Positions 44,347-54,385 of a stretch of 64,000 nt of DNA are shown one piece after another. The stretch's first letter is position 1, and every line of letters starts with the position of its first letter. The stretch covers positions 1 through 64,000 of the forward strand of contig CAWEHK010000052.1 of the NCBI GenBank assembly GCA_963808625.1, read 5' to 3'. This stretch comes from an uncultured delta proteobacterium. Its GTDB lineage: Bacteria; Desulfobacterota; Syntrophobacteria; Syntrophobacterales; Syntrophobacteraceae. The translations under genes and the position numbers were made by a program. The notes below the pieces were generated by a model that made no database searches, was not told the DNA's origin, and saw only the letters and a list, made by a program, of their open reading frames with translations.

Positions 44347-44430
44347 CTACTTCGCCCCACAGGCAGGCTTACTGAAATAAAAGCCTCCCCCAAAACAAAA
44401 ACGGTACAAGTAATAGAACCGGTTAATCAT
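44347..44430 (-). CDS. Phe/Tyr-rich leader peptide (27 aa)
   Basis: MINRFYYLYRFCFGGGFYFSKPACGAK* with 5 Phe and 4 Tyr; GAGGG SD; lies directly before two terminators and paaK. Confidence 0.85.
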   Translation of the reverse strand: MINRFYYLYRFCFGGGFYFSKPACGAK

Positions 44431-44469
44431 GCTGCCCTCGCAACAAAATATTTCCTCACCTTACCGGCA

Positions 44470-44499
44470 ATGATTACCGAGTTTGCAGACCTCTGTCAA
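44470..44499 (-). promoter_or_regulatory. Putative sigma70 promoter of the leader/paaK operon
   Basis: Minus strand TTGACA-17 nt-TAATCA(T); the -10 element is imperfect. Confidence 0.5.
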
Positions 44500-44571
44500 T
44501 ACCAAAAGAACCGCGCCACAAGATGGGCGCTCAAGATGGCAGGTAAGAAACTATATCAAAGCTCGCTCACC

Positions 44572-44643
44572 CCGTCACCCCGGCGGAAGCCTGGGTCCAG
44601 AATCCCTGGAAAAACTTGGATTCCGGCTTTCGCCGGAATGACG
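44572..44643. repeat. REP-like doublet
   Basis: CGTCACCCCGGCGGAAGCCTGGGTCCAG ... TGGATTCCGGCTTTCGCCGGAATGACG; same family as 27846-27915. Confidence 0.8.
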
Positions 44644-44694
44644 ACCAGTGGCGTTTCGAGCACTTTGAGATAATTCCCAAGCGGTCGCCCGCAA

Positions 44695-44818
44695 CTGCCT
44701 CCAGCCACTGACCACTGTTCACTGCCTACTCCTTACTCCTTACTCCCTACTCCCTACTGCTTACTGCTTACTGCTTACTCCATACTGCCTACTCCTTACT
44801 GCCTACTCCCTACTCCCT
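44695..44818. repeat. Heptamer tandem repeat tract (TACTCCY/TACTGCY)
   Basis: About 15 imperfect 7-mers just past a stop codon. Similar tracts at ~8033-8075, 38910-38965, 39960-40012, 50549-50605 and 62602-62655. Confidence 0.85.
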
Positions 44819-45557
44819 ACTGCTCACTGCCCTTCTGAGCGGTCGGTGCCTTCATCTTGGAGTTCAGGGATGCGCGCTCATCCTGAAGAAGGGCGGGACT
44901 GGGGTAGTTGCCTGGAGCTTTGAGCAATATTTCATACTGTTCGGCAGCTTTTGCGTATTCGCCTTTTTGGGCGTACAGCCTCGCGAGGTTCCAGTCCGCT
45001 TCTTTCTTGAGCTCTGAGGACTCGGTCCCTTTCAGATTGTTCCAGAGGGCTATCGCCTCATCCGTTTTGCCAAGAGCTTCGTAAGTGAATGCCTGTTGAT
45101 ACTGGGCCAGGATCTTGAGACCCTGGTCGCCCGCGGCCTGATCGAGCACTTTCTTGTTCCAGTTTAGAGCGTTTTCGTATTGCTGGATTTGAAAATAAGC
45201 ACGCGCCAAGTCAAGTTGTGCATCCTTGACCGGTGCGGTTCCGGAATGGTCCGCAAGAAACTTTTCCAGTTCCGGGATGAGCTTTTCCCATGCCTGGCGG
45301 GTACTATTGTCGTCCCCGGGCCATCTTTGCAGCACTTTTGCGTAGTCAACCTGTGCCCGCCGCTCCTTGGACTGGCCATAGGCATTGAATCCCCAAAAGC
45401 CGCCCAGAACCAAACAGAGGGCCACCAGCCCGGCAAGGATCCGGTTAAAGTGCTGCTCGATCCATTCTTTCGAAAAGGCGGGGGTGGCCGCAAGCTCCAG
45501 GGCCTTTTGTGCCTTCAGGGCTTCCTTTTTCGGAATTTTGATCTTCTTTATTCCCAA
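44817..45557 (-). CDS. Membrane-anchored TPR protein (YfgM-like)
   Basis: A single TM segment followed by TPR-like helices. Confidence 0.75.
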   Translation of the reverse strand: MGIKKIKIPKKEALKAQKALELAATPAFSKEWIEQHFNRILAGLVALCLVLGGFWGFNAYGQSKERRAQVDYAKVLQRWPGDDNSTRQAWEKLIPELEKFLADHSGTAPVKDAQLDLARAYFQIQQYENALNWNKKVLDQAAGDQGLKILAQYQQAFTYEALGKTDEAIALWNNLKGTESSELKKEADWNLARLYAQKGEYAKAAEQYEILLKAPGNYPSPALLQDERASLNSKMKAPTAQKGSEQ

Positions 45558-45610
45558 ATCCTTCTCTCCCTAAGAGTCCGGTTTCCGTCTTCGCATCTTT
45601 GTGTCAAACG

Positions 45611-46123
45611 TCAGAAACAGAACGTTGTTTCGTCCTTTTCCTCAAATCGGTCAAGTATTCTTTCAATTATTTTCGTGGTGGAAGCATCGGGCACAAGCTC
45701 CACATGCACCACTCTTCCACCGGTCTTCTGCACTTCCGCCGCGCCGATGGTCTTGTCCAAGGGCCAGTCGGCGCCTTTCACCAGGATGTTCGGTTGCAGC
45801 AGCTCAATCAGCGGGAGGGGGTCGGGGGTGTCGAAAACACAGACGTAGTCGACGCAGTGGAGGGCGGCCACGAGCTCGCATCGTTCCGCTTCCGGGACAA
45901 TCGGCCGAAGCGGCCCCTTGATCTGGGTCACGGAACGGTTGCTGTTTACCGCGACAATCAGCAGATCTCCATGACTGCGGGCGGCTTCCAGGTAGCGGAC
46001 ATGACCAACATGGAGCAAATCGAAACAGCCATTGGTGAACACCACGCAACGTCGGCGTTCACGAGCTGCGCTGCAAATTTGTTCCAGTTCTTCAATGGTC
46101 TTGACTTTATCTCTGGCCTTCAT
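45611..46123 (-). CDS. rfaE2: D-glycero-beta-D-manno-heptose 1-phosphate adenylyltransferase
   Basis: VFTNGCFDLLHVGH, KGPLRP, LVKGADW, STTKII. Confidence 0.93.
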   Translation of the reverse strand: MKARDKVKTIEELEQICSAARERRRCVVFTNGCFDLLHVGHVRYLEAARSHGDLLIVAVNSNRSVTQIKGPLRPIVPEAERCELVAALHCVDYVCVFDTPDPLPLIELLQPNILVKGADWPLDKTIGAAEVQKTGGRVVHVELVPDASTTKIIERILDRFEEKDETTFCF

Positions 46124-46135
46124 TCCTCCCAGACG

Positions 46136-46603
46136 CTATCTTGTCGTGTTTGGAATGTTACGTATCTGTTCCTCGATTTTGCTGAGCTCCGTCTCGTCCA
46201 TCTCGGGGTACAAGCAAAACATGCCACATTCCAGGCCGTCGATAAGGCCTTCACGGTACATCTTCACCCAGAAGGGAAGACTTCCTCGCGAGGATTCCTG
46301 CTCGGGGGAGAGATCGGGGTATTCTACGTAAATCTCCCCTTTAAAAATATCTCTCAACCCCTGGAGCGCTGCCCGACCGTGCCCCGTTCGCTTTCTACCC
46401 TGAGTTTCGAATTGATGAATGGTTATCTCTCTGGTCCCATCCGGAGAAAGGCAAAGGCTGATCTGGCCCCGGCAAGTCGCGGGCTGCTCGAATTCCAGGA
46501 TTTCCATCGGGCCGAAGCCCTTGAGGACCGTGAGCAAGTCCTTTACGGACAGATCACCATAGGCGGCCTTCCACAGGATGCCTTTCCACTCGATTTCGGC
46601 CAC
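46136..46603 (-). CDS. Hypothetical protein with GNAT-like motif A
   Basis: RKRTGHGRAAL and SLPFWVKM; GGAGG SD before GTG. Confidence 0.6.
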   Translation of the reverse strand: MAEIEWKGILWKAAYGDLSVKDLLTVLKGFGPMEILEFEQPATCRGQISLCLSPDGTREITIHQFETQGRKRTGHGRAALQGLRDIFKGEIYVEYPDLSPEQESSRGSLPFWVKMYREGLIDGLECGMFCLYPEMDETELSKIEEQIRNIPNTTR

Positions 46604-46979
46604 GTGAAGAGCCTCCGCTTCTCTGCAAGGAAGGTTTGCGCGTTGTCGGTTTCAACTTGAGGTCGAAGTCCAGGTTTTTCATGGCCTCTTGCACCGCATG
46701 GCGCAGATCCAGCTCCCAGAGCGGCACCGTCGCGGAAAAGTCTCTCTCTGTGGCATTCTTGCCAATTCGGCAGGAACTCAGGGGGGGGCTATTCTTCGAG
46801 CCATCCCGGCTCGCAAAAAGGACCACTCAATAGCGATTGCCTTTGTTCACAACAAAGGGTTGGATGCCGAGCTGTTTGATTTCGGGACAGAGTTCATGGA
46901 GTTTGGACAGGATGACTTCCGTATTGAGTGCTTGCATGGGATATTCCGTACTCTGGTGAGGGTGGATGCCAATACGCAT
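46554..46979 (-). CDS. Candidate selenoprotein (141 aa; UGA at codon 51)
   Basis: Frame open on both sides of TGA 46827-46829; hairpin CGAGCC-GGGAT-GGCTCG starts 13 nt downstream of it. Confidence 0.6.
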
Positions 46980-47019
46980 TAGAGTATGCTCTGCAGGTTC
47001 AACAAGTCACGATCCAAAT

Positions 47020-47577
47020 CTAGCTGGAATTCAAACTCGGGGACCACCCGTTAGCTTCAGATTGGTCTCCAAGTCCAGACGAACATGCGAAAACCGCTAC
47101 TTCGTGGTAGCAGGCCAACTGGCGCAAGGCTTCGAACAGGGCGGCCCCTACACTCGTCGCCAAGTTTAGACTCCTTACCCGTGATCTGTCAATGGGGATT
47201 TGCAGGATTCGGTCAGTTTCTGAATCAAGGATATCCGCCGGCAGTCCTCTCGTCTCTGAGCCAAAAACCAGACAGTCTCCCGGCAGAAAATGGAATTCGT
47301 AATAGCGGCGCGAAGCGTGAGCGGAAAAATAAACCATGCGCGGAAAACTCAGCTCTTTGCGGAGTGCTTCCATGCTGGCATGGACCTTAAGCTGCACGTG
47401 CGGCCAATAATCCAGGCCAGCTCGCTTCAGATAGCGGTCCGAGAGTCGAAAGCCCAGAGGTCCTATGAGGTGGAGCGGCGTGTGGGTGGCCGCGCAGGTT
47501 CTGGCAACATTTCCCGTATTCTGAGGGATCTCAGGCTGGTAGAGAGCGACATGCAAAGCGGGCTCGGGTTCCGAAAT
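47020..47577 (-). CDS. trmL: tRNA (cytidine/uridine-34 2'-O)-methyltransferase
   Basis: PEIPQNTGN, RAGLDYW, FGSETRGLP, RSLNLA. Start is either ATT 47577 (GAGGTG SD) or TTG 47556. Confidence 0.92.
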   Translation of the reverse strand: MSEPEPALHVALYQPEIPQNTGNVARTCAATHTPLHLIGPLGFRLSDRYLKRAGLDYWPHVQLKVHASMEALRKELSFPRMVYFSAHASRRYYEFHFLPGDCLVFGSETRGLPADILDSETDRILQIPIDRSRVRSLNLATSVGAALFEALRQLACYHEVAVFACSSGLGDQSEANGWSPSLNSS

Positions 47578-47620
47578 GTGACTCCCACCTCGGCTCTCCG
47601 GAGACCACAACTCCTCTGCC

Positions 47621-48010
47621 TTATTCCTGCCCGGTGCGGACCGCCCGAACGAAATGATTGGCATAGTTTCCTTCGATCACATAAAGATCGCCGTAATAGA
47701 AATCGACATAGCAGGCCCGATGATGGTCCCTTTCGGTAGCCGTCCAGCAGCACCTCTGGTTCCCGAAGACGGGGTCCAGATAGAGTCCGCTGCGACGGTC
47801 TTCCTCACGAACAATCAGCGTGGCGAGTTCCTCCTGGGCAGGATAACGCCAGTCGCTGTATCCTCCGTAATGAGCCTCATTCAGACGGTCAATGTAGGCG
47901 AAGCCATCCTGCCAGACCATGCGGTCGGCAGACGCCCCACGCTGCCACATCAGTTTCGTTTCCAAGTCCTCTACGGCCAATTCTCCCCTTACCACAAAGC
48001 GATCGCTCAC
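47621..48010 (-). CDS. DUF1566 (Lcl-like) domain protein
   Basis: D.ETKLMWQ, GYSDWR.P...EL, terminal VRAVR; AAGGAG SD before GTG. Confidence 0.85.
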   Translation of the reverse strand: MSDRFVVRGELAVEDLETKLMWQRGASADRMVWQDGFAYIDRLNEAHYGGYSDWRYPAQEELATLIVREEDRRSGLYLDPVFGNQRCCWTATERDHHRACYVDFYYGDLYVIEGNYANHFVRAVRTGQE

Positions 48011-48288
48011 TGCCTCTCCTTTAAACAAGTTCCGGGAGTACCCAAAAAGCCATGAAGCTGCTATAAACTCCGTGCTTTCACGGTCCGCCAACTTCTTCAG
48101 GGGGCCGAGACAGAAGGACATCAAGGGGATGAGCGGACCAAAGAGCCACTCATCGTATCCAGGAAGTCCTATAGCAGCCGATGCCCAGCAGCTTCAGAAC
48201 ACGATAAAAGTACCAGAGTTTGCCGTTGACGGACATCAAAAAGAGCACAGGATTCGGAAGTCAGAGTCAGAAGGGAGGAGCCAGACAG

Positions 48289-49151
48289 GTGAAAGACGAC
48301 ATCCAAAAAGGGGGTACTTGTGCCATCATTGTCAGTGCGGAGACGTTGAACTCTACTACGAGGTCCAGGGCGAGGGGTTGCCTTTGCTGCTCATATCCGG
48401 GCTCGGCGGCGGCACCTGGTCCTGGTATGGCCAGGTGCCGCACTTTCGCGACCTCTACCGGACGATCACCTTTGACAACCGTGGTGCGGGACGCTCCAGC
48501 ATGCCCCAAGGTCCTTACCGGATGAAACAGCTTGCCGAGGATGCCCGCTGCCTCCTCGATCATCTCGGGATCGCAGGAGCCTTTGTCCTGGGTCTTTCCA
48601 TGGGGGGCATGATCGCTCAGGAACTCGCACTCCTGGCGCCGCATCGCATCCGGGCCCTGTTTTTGGGGTGTACGCACGGCGGAGGACCGTCGCGAGTCTC
48701 CCCAGCACCGAAGGTCATTGAAATTCTGCTGAACAATACCGGCCTCAGCCAGAAAGAGATCATCGAGAAAAACCTGCCCATCTTTCTCAGTGAAGCGTGC
48801 CGCAGAGAGAAACCCGAGGTGGTTGCTGCTTATTGCGAAGCGCAGCTCGCCGCCCCCCAACAGCCTGAATACGCCTTTAACGCCCAGCTGGCGGCCATTA
48901 ACACCTTTGATCCTGGTGACCGGCTGGGGTTGATCAAGGTTCCTGCCATGATCGTCGCGGGCAGTGAGGATGTGCTGATCCCTCCCGAAAATGCTCAGGT
49001 GCTGGCGAAACGGCTTCCCCATGCGGAACTGGTCGTCATCCCCGGAGTCGGCCATGCCCTCCATGCCGAATGCCGCGATACGCTGAATTCGCTGGCGGAC
49101 GAATTCTTCAGACGGTCTTTGACCAGTGGTCTCCCTCAAGAAAACGCGTGA
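48289..49151 (+). CDS. Alpha/beta hydrolase (enol-lactonase-like); probable frameshift near the start
   Basis: LYYEVQGEG.P, FDNRGAGRS, GLSMGG nucleophile elbow, GSED, GH. Confidence 0.88.
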
Positions 49152-49749
49152 CTTTTTCGCGAAGCAGTTTCTCGCGCCCCTCATAGAAGTGGTCGCAGTG
49201 GGGCAGAACTTCAACAAGAGTCGGCATCCGGCCCTCGGGTGCGCCGACGATCCACTTTTTGAGCGATGCCACCGCGCAGAAGTCGTCCTGATTTCCAACC
49301 ATAATCAGGCAAGGGCACGACGGGGGTGCCAAGCCTCTGAAATCCAAGAAGTCCAATGGTGGCGAAACAAGGATGGCAGTATTGGGCTGAATGCCCAATG
49401 CCATTGCTTTCAAGCCAATCCACGCCCCATAGGAATACCCTGCGAGATGGAGGTTGTTCTTGCCGTGTTGCTGAATGTATTGGTAGACTGCCAACAAATC
49501 CTCCGCATCCGACTGCGCTCCGCGATGATGGCCGGTGCTCCCTCCGACACCGCGAAAATTGAAGCGCAAGCTCCCCCAGCCGCGATCATGAAAAGCCTTC
49601 CGAAGCGCCGTCACGACATTGTTGTCCATACTGCCGCCGTAAAGCGGGTGAGGGTGACAGACCACGGCAATATCAATCCCATTGCCCTCGTCATAGAGCG
49701 CTTCGAGGAGAAGGTTTCCAGAGGGAATCATCAAAGGTTTTTCTGACAT
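49108..49749 (-). CDS. Alpha/beta hydrolase (HPHP..GG family)
   Basis: CHPHPLYGGSMDNNVV, RFNFRGVG, GYSYGA, DHF. Confidence 0.9.
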   Translation of the reverse strand: MSEKPLMIPSGNLLLEALYDEGNGIDIAVVCHPHPLYGGSMDNNVVTALRKAFHDRGWGSLRFNFRGVGGSTGHHRGAQSDAEDLLAVYQYIQQHGKNNLHLAGYSYGAWIGLKAMALGIQPNTAILVSPPLDFLDFRGLAPPSCPCLIMVGNQDDFCAVASLKKWIVGAPEGRMPTLVEVLPHCDHFYEGREKLLREKVTRFLEGDHWSKTV

Positions 49750-49931
49750 GGTTTCCTCCGCATGGGACCTCTTGATGCCTAAAAGAGATCCCCTGTTTTC
49801 GAGATGAAGCACACTTTTTAGAGCACCCCGCGAGTCCCTGATGACCCTAAAATCTTCTTACTGATTGGAGATGAAAGGCGTTACAATAACAAAAAATATC
49901 ACAGGAACCTCAACTTGATGAGGAGAAACCG

Positions 49932-50550
49932 ATGGCAGAAAATCCGGACGACAGCGTTGCCCTGGAGGCGCTAAGAATCGGGAATAAGCTCAGGGAGCTT
50001 GCGGGAAAAGAAGCGCTTCACCCTCCATGATATGACCGCCAAGACCGGCTTTTCCAAGGACCTCCTGGCCCAGATCGAAAGTGGCGAATTCATCCCGCCG
50101 ATAGCCACCCTCATGAAACTGGCCAATGCTTTTGGGGTGAGCATGACCTATTTCTTTAAGGATGAGGCGGGAAGTGAAAAAATCGCCGTCACCCGCGCTC
50201 ACGAGCATATCCGGATCAAGCGCCGGCCTCACCATCATGAAGGAGAGGTCAACTACATTTATGAAGCGCTTGAAATCAGGAAGGCCAACAAACACATGGA
50301 GCCCTTTCTGGTGGAATTCCCGGTGCAGGATACCAGCGAAATGGTCTTTGTCAGCCACCAGGGGGAAGAATTCCTCCATCTGCTCGAAGGGCAGCTCGAG
50401 TTTCGCTCCATCGATCACGTCGAAGTGCTCAATCCCGGGGACAGCATCTATTTCGAGTCGGATATCAGCCATAGCTTTCGCTGCCTGGGAGAAAAATCGG
50501 CGAAGGCGATCGTGGTCGTCTGGAGCAAGAAGATAGTGCTGGGTGCATGA
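49932..50550 (+). CDS. XRE-HTH + cupin transcriptional regulator (frameshift ~49998)
   Basis: IG.KLRE.R, QIESG...P.IATL, MEPF, H.GEEF, GDSIYF.S...H. Confidence 0.9.
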
Positions 50551-50739
50551 GTAATGAGTGATGAGTGATGAGTGATGAGGGGTGAGTGATTGAGGGGTGA
50601 GGGGTAATTGGTGAGCAGTGGGTGCCTGGGTGAGGTGTTGAGCAACAGTGTGGGGCAGGCTTTCCAGCCTGCCAATCCGGGGCTGCCTCCTGGCTGCGTG
50701 AATAAAGACTTTGAGGCACCGGTGAGAGGGAATCGAGTC

Positions 50740-51325
50740 ATGCTGGAAATCCGCTTTCATGGCCGTGGTGGGCAGGGCACGGTCGTCGCCACCATCTTGC
50801 TGGCGAAAGCTTTCTTTGATGCCGGCTACTTCGTCCAAAGCTTCCCCCTGTTTGGTGTGGAGCGGCGCGGGGCGCCGGTAGAAGCGTACCTGCGGATCGC
50901 TTCCAGAGAAATCCGGGTCCGCACCAACGTCTACACACCCGACCATGTGGTGGTCCTCGACCAGACCCTCTGGCAGGGCATCGATGTGACGCATGGGCTG
51001 AAACCTGAGGGTTGGATTCTCCTCAATGCCCCCGGAAACCCGACGCGACTGGAGCGCTTTTCAGGTTATCGGCTGGCTTTTGTAGATGCCACCCGGATTG
51101 CGCTGAAGCATCAACTGGGTACGCGCACTCATCCCATTGTCAACACGGCCATCATGGGTGCCCTTGCGCGCGTGCTCGGGCATGCCCCCGATGGATGCAA
51201 TCGCTATGGCCATCGAGGAGGAGATTAAGGACCGGTGTGAGGATAATATCAATGCCGCCCGCGACGCCTATGACGAGGTTCGGCTCGTGGGAATTGTCGA
51301 TGCCGCAGCGGGCGCAGAGGTTTGA
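50740..51325 (+). CDS. 2-oxoacid:acceptor oxidoreductase gamma subunit (frameshift ~51180)
   Basis: EIRFHGRGGQG, FP.FGVERRGAPV, IVNT...GA. Confidence 0.92.
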
Positions 51326-51415
51326 GGATGGTATAATTTCCCTGCATACGGGGTGCATGCTTGGAGTGCGATTCTCGAGTTCATTGGAGAATTGCCGGTC
51401 AGGATAGGGATGTCC

Positions 51416-53186
51416 ATGGCACAGAAAGAAACGAAACCGGTCCCTCTGTTTATTTCGAAATCCTACCTTACCACCGAGAGCAATAAAACCGGGAACTGGC
51501 GGTTTCTCGACCGCGCTACCATGAGAAGACGGCCCCGTGCAGCGTCGCCTGCCCGGCGGGGGAAGACATCAGCCGCATCCAATTGCTGACGACGCGAGGG
51601 CTTTTCAAGGACGCCTGGGAGACCATCCTTCTCGAAAACCCTTTTCCTGCTGTCTGTGGCCGCGTCTGCCATCATCCCTGTGAAAAGGTCTGTAACCGGC
51701 GGGAGTTCGATGAGGCGATCGCCATTCACACCATCGAGCGTTTCCTGGCAGAAACGGCCGTTCGCATGGGTTGAAACCCGCACTGGAAAGGCTCCCTGCC
51801 CGCAAAGCAGAAGGTTGCTGTCGTTGGGGCCGGCCCCGGCGGCCTTGCTGCGGCCTATTTTCTGGCCCGGCTGGGTTACGCCTGCGATGTCTACGAAGCG
51901 ATGCCGGAGCCCGGAGGCGCCCTCGGCTGGGGAATTCCCCCGTATCGTCTTGCGGTTGCGGCAATCCAACACGAAATAGCCCGCATCACCGAACTGGGGG
52001 TGCGCATTCACTGTGGCAAACCGCTTTCGGCGGAGTTCCTGGCACAAGCCGGGGACTCCTACGATGCCGTTTTCGTGAGTGGCGGTCAGGGGCCTGGCGG
52101 TCGTTTGCACATCCCGGGAGAGAGTCCAAACAGTGTCAAGGACGGACTGGCTTTCCTGCAGCGGGTGAAAAGAGGGGATACGCCGGCGCTCCAGGGAATG
52201 GTTGCGGTCGTCGGCGGCGGACAATACGGCGGTCGATGTGGCGCGCTGTGCGGTGCGCCTGGGCGCGAAGGCCGTGATCGTCTGGAGGGGCCGCCGCGAG
52301 GATATGCCCGCTTTTGAACATGAAATCAAAATGGCCCTCGAGGAGGGCGTGGAAATTCTGGATCTGCGAACACCGGTCCGCATCGAGGCCGGGAATGGAG
52401 ATTGGTTCCTTGCCCTGCAGCAGATGAAGGCGGTCCAAACCGATCATAAAGAAGGCTTGGGCGTAGCATCTGATCCGGATAAAATGGAGACCATTCGTGT
52501 CAGCCGGGTCTTCAAGGCCGTGCACGAAGGGCCCGCCGAGCCATGGATGAACCCACCCGATAGTGACGAAGGGCTCCTGGCCTTGGCCAATACCCGGGTG
52601 TTCCGAACGGCTCGGGGACTTCCGGTCATCTTGGGCGGTGACCTGGCAACCCCGGTGAAAGGGGTCTCTCATGCGGTTGCTTCCGGAAAAGAAGCGGCCC
52701 TCGCCCTGGATGTCCTCTTCCGTGATGGCTTCGAGGCCATCCTGCCGCGCCTTACGGCCTGTGCGATCGGTGATGGCCGGTCGCTTTCCATGGAAATCTA
52801 CCTGGGTGGGGCCCGTTCGCAGCGAAGCTCCCATGTGGTCCGCTATCAACGAAATCAACATCGATTACTTCCAGTTTACGCCGCGCGTTGCCCAGCCCCG
52901 GCTCCTTAAAGAAGAACGCGTCCGCACCTTTGCGGAAGTCGACCTCCGCATCTCTGCTAATCTGGCCATGCAGGAAGCCGGACGCTGTTTCAACTGCGGC
53001 ATCTGCAACCAATGCGACAACTGCCGCCTGTTTTGTCCGGACCTCGCGGTAGTGCGCGACCAGGGCCCAAGAGGGCGGAGCATTGATTATGACTATTGCA
53101 AAGGGTGCGGCATATGCGTCGTGGAATGTCCCCGCAATGCCATGTCTCTCGAAGAGGAACAGGGACTGGGCGGGGACCCGGCATAA
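51416..53186 (+). CDS. Delta-subunit / GltD-like FAD-NAD(P) oxidoreductase fusion (several frameshifts)
   Basis: Delta-like NKTGNWRF; PC...CP, NPFPAVCGRVCHHPCE..C, GAGPGG, GIPPYRL, GGGN.AVD; C-terminal CFNCGICNQCDNC...CP and IDYDYCKGCGICVVECP. Confidence 0.85.
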
Positions 53187-53204
53187 CAAGGACGGGGGAG
53201 ACTC

Positions 53205-54385
53205 ATGAAACGGGTGCTGGAAGGAAGTGATGCGGTCGCTGAGGCGGTGAGATTGGCCAAAGTCGAGGTCATTTCCGCCTATCCGATTACGCCGCAGACC
53301 CATATCGTCGAGCGCCTTGCTGAGTTTTGCGCGGACCGGAAGCTCGCGGCCCGGTTCCTGCGGGTAGAAAGCGAGCACTCCGCCCTGGCGGCGTTGATCG
53401 GGGCCTCCAGCATGGGAGTGCGCACCTTTACCGCCACTTCTTCGCAGGGCCTGGCCCTGATGCACGAGCTCCTGCACTGGGCGTCGGCGGCCCGGCTGCC
53501 GATTGTCATGGCCAATGTCAACCGGGCCCTCGCTCCCGGGTTGGAATATTTGGGCCGATCAGACCGACAGTCTCGCCCAGCGCGACACCGGGTGGATCCA
53601 GTTTTACTGTGAAACGGGTCAGGAAACCCTGGACACCACGCTCCAGGCGTTCCGCCTGGCGGAACGGGTGAATTTGCCGGTCATGGTGGTGCTGGATGCC
53701 TTCTTCCTCTCGCACACCTTTGAACCGGTTGACGTTCCCGACCAGGATGCTGCCGACCGCTTCCTGCCGGCTTTCCGCCCCCGGCTCGGCGCTGACCACC
53801 GAAAATCCCTGTTCCTTCAGCCAGTTGGCTCCTCCGAATGTTTATATGGAAATGCGCCACAGCATTCACGAAGCCATGCAGCAGACGCTCGATGAATTTC
53901 CAGCGCTTGAAGAGGACTTCGAAGCGATCTTTGGACGACGCTACGGCCCGGTGGAAACGATCGCGTGCGAGGATGCGGAAATCATCCTGGTGACTTCCGG
54001 AACCATTACCAGCACCGCCCGCGAGGTCGTCGATGAACTGCGCTCCCGGGGGGAGCAGGTCGGTCTTCTCAAGGTGAAGCTCTTTCGGCCTTTCCCGGTC
54101 GCTTCCATCCGGCAGGCCCTCGGGAGCGCTAAGAAAGTCGCGGTCATCGACCGTAATTTTTCCTTTGGGGCAAGCGGCATTTTTGCTCAGGAGGTGAGGG
54201 CGGCGCTTTACGGCGCGCCGGAACGCCCGCCGGTCTTCGGCTACATTGCCGGACTGGGTGGGCGCGACGTCACCACCGGCACGATCGAAGAGATTTATTG
54301 GCGTACCAAAAACCATGCCTTCCCCGAAGAAGAAAGCCTCTGGGTGGGACTTCACGAGGTGGCTCATGAAGCTGGAAATCGTTGA
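53205..54385 (+). CDS. 2-oxoacid:acceptor oxidoreductase alpha subunit (frameshifted)
   Basis: [31 protein letters not shown]..., FRPFP, GLGGRD. Confidence 0.92.

Noticed and set aside
47621..48010. DUF1566 gene as a diversity-generating retroelement target
   Set aside because: No template repeat of its 3' end and no reverse transcriptase seen in the window. A remote DGR cannot be excluded.
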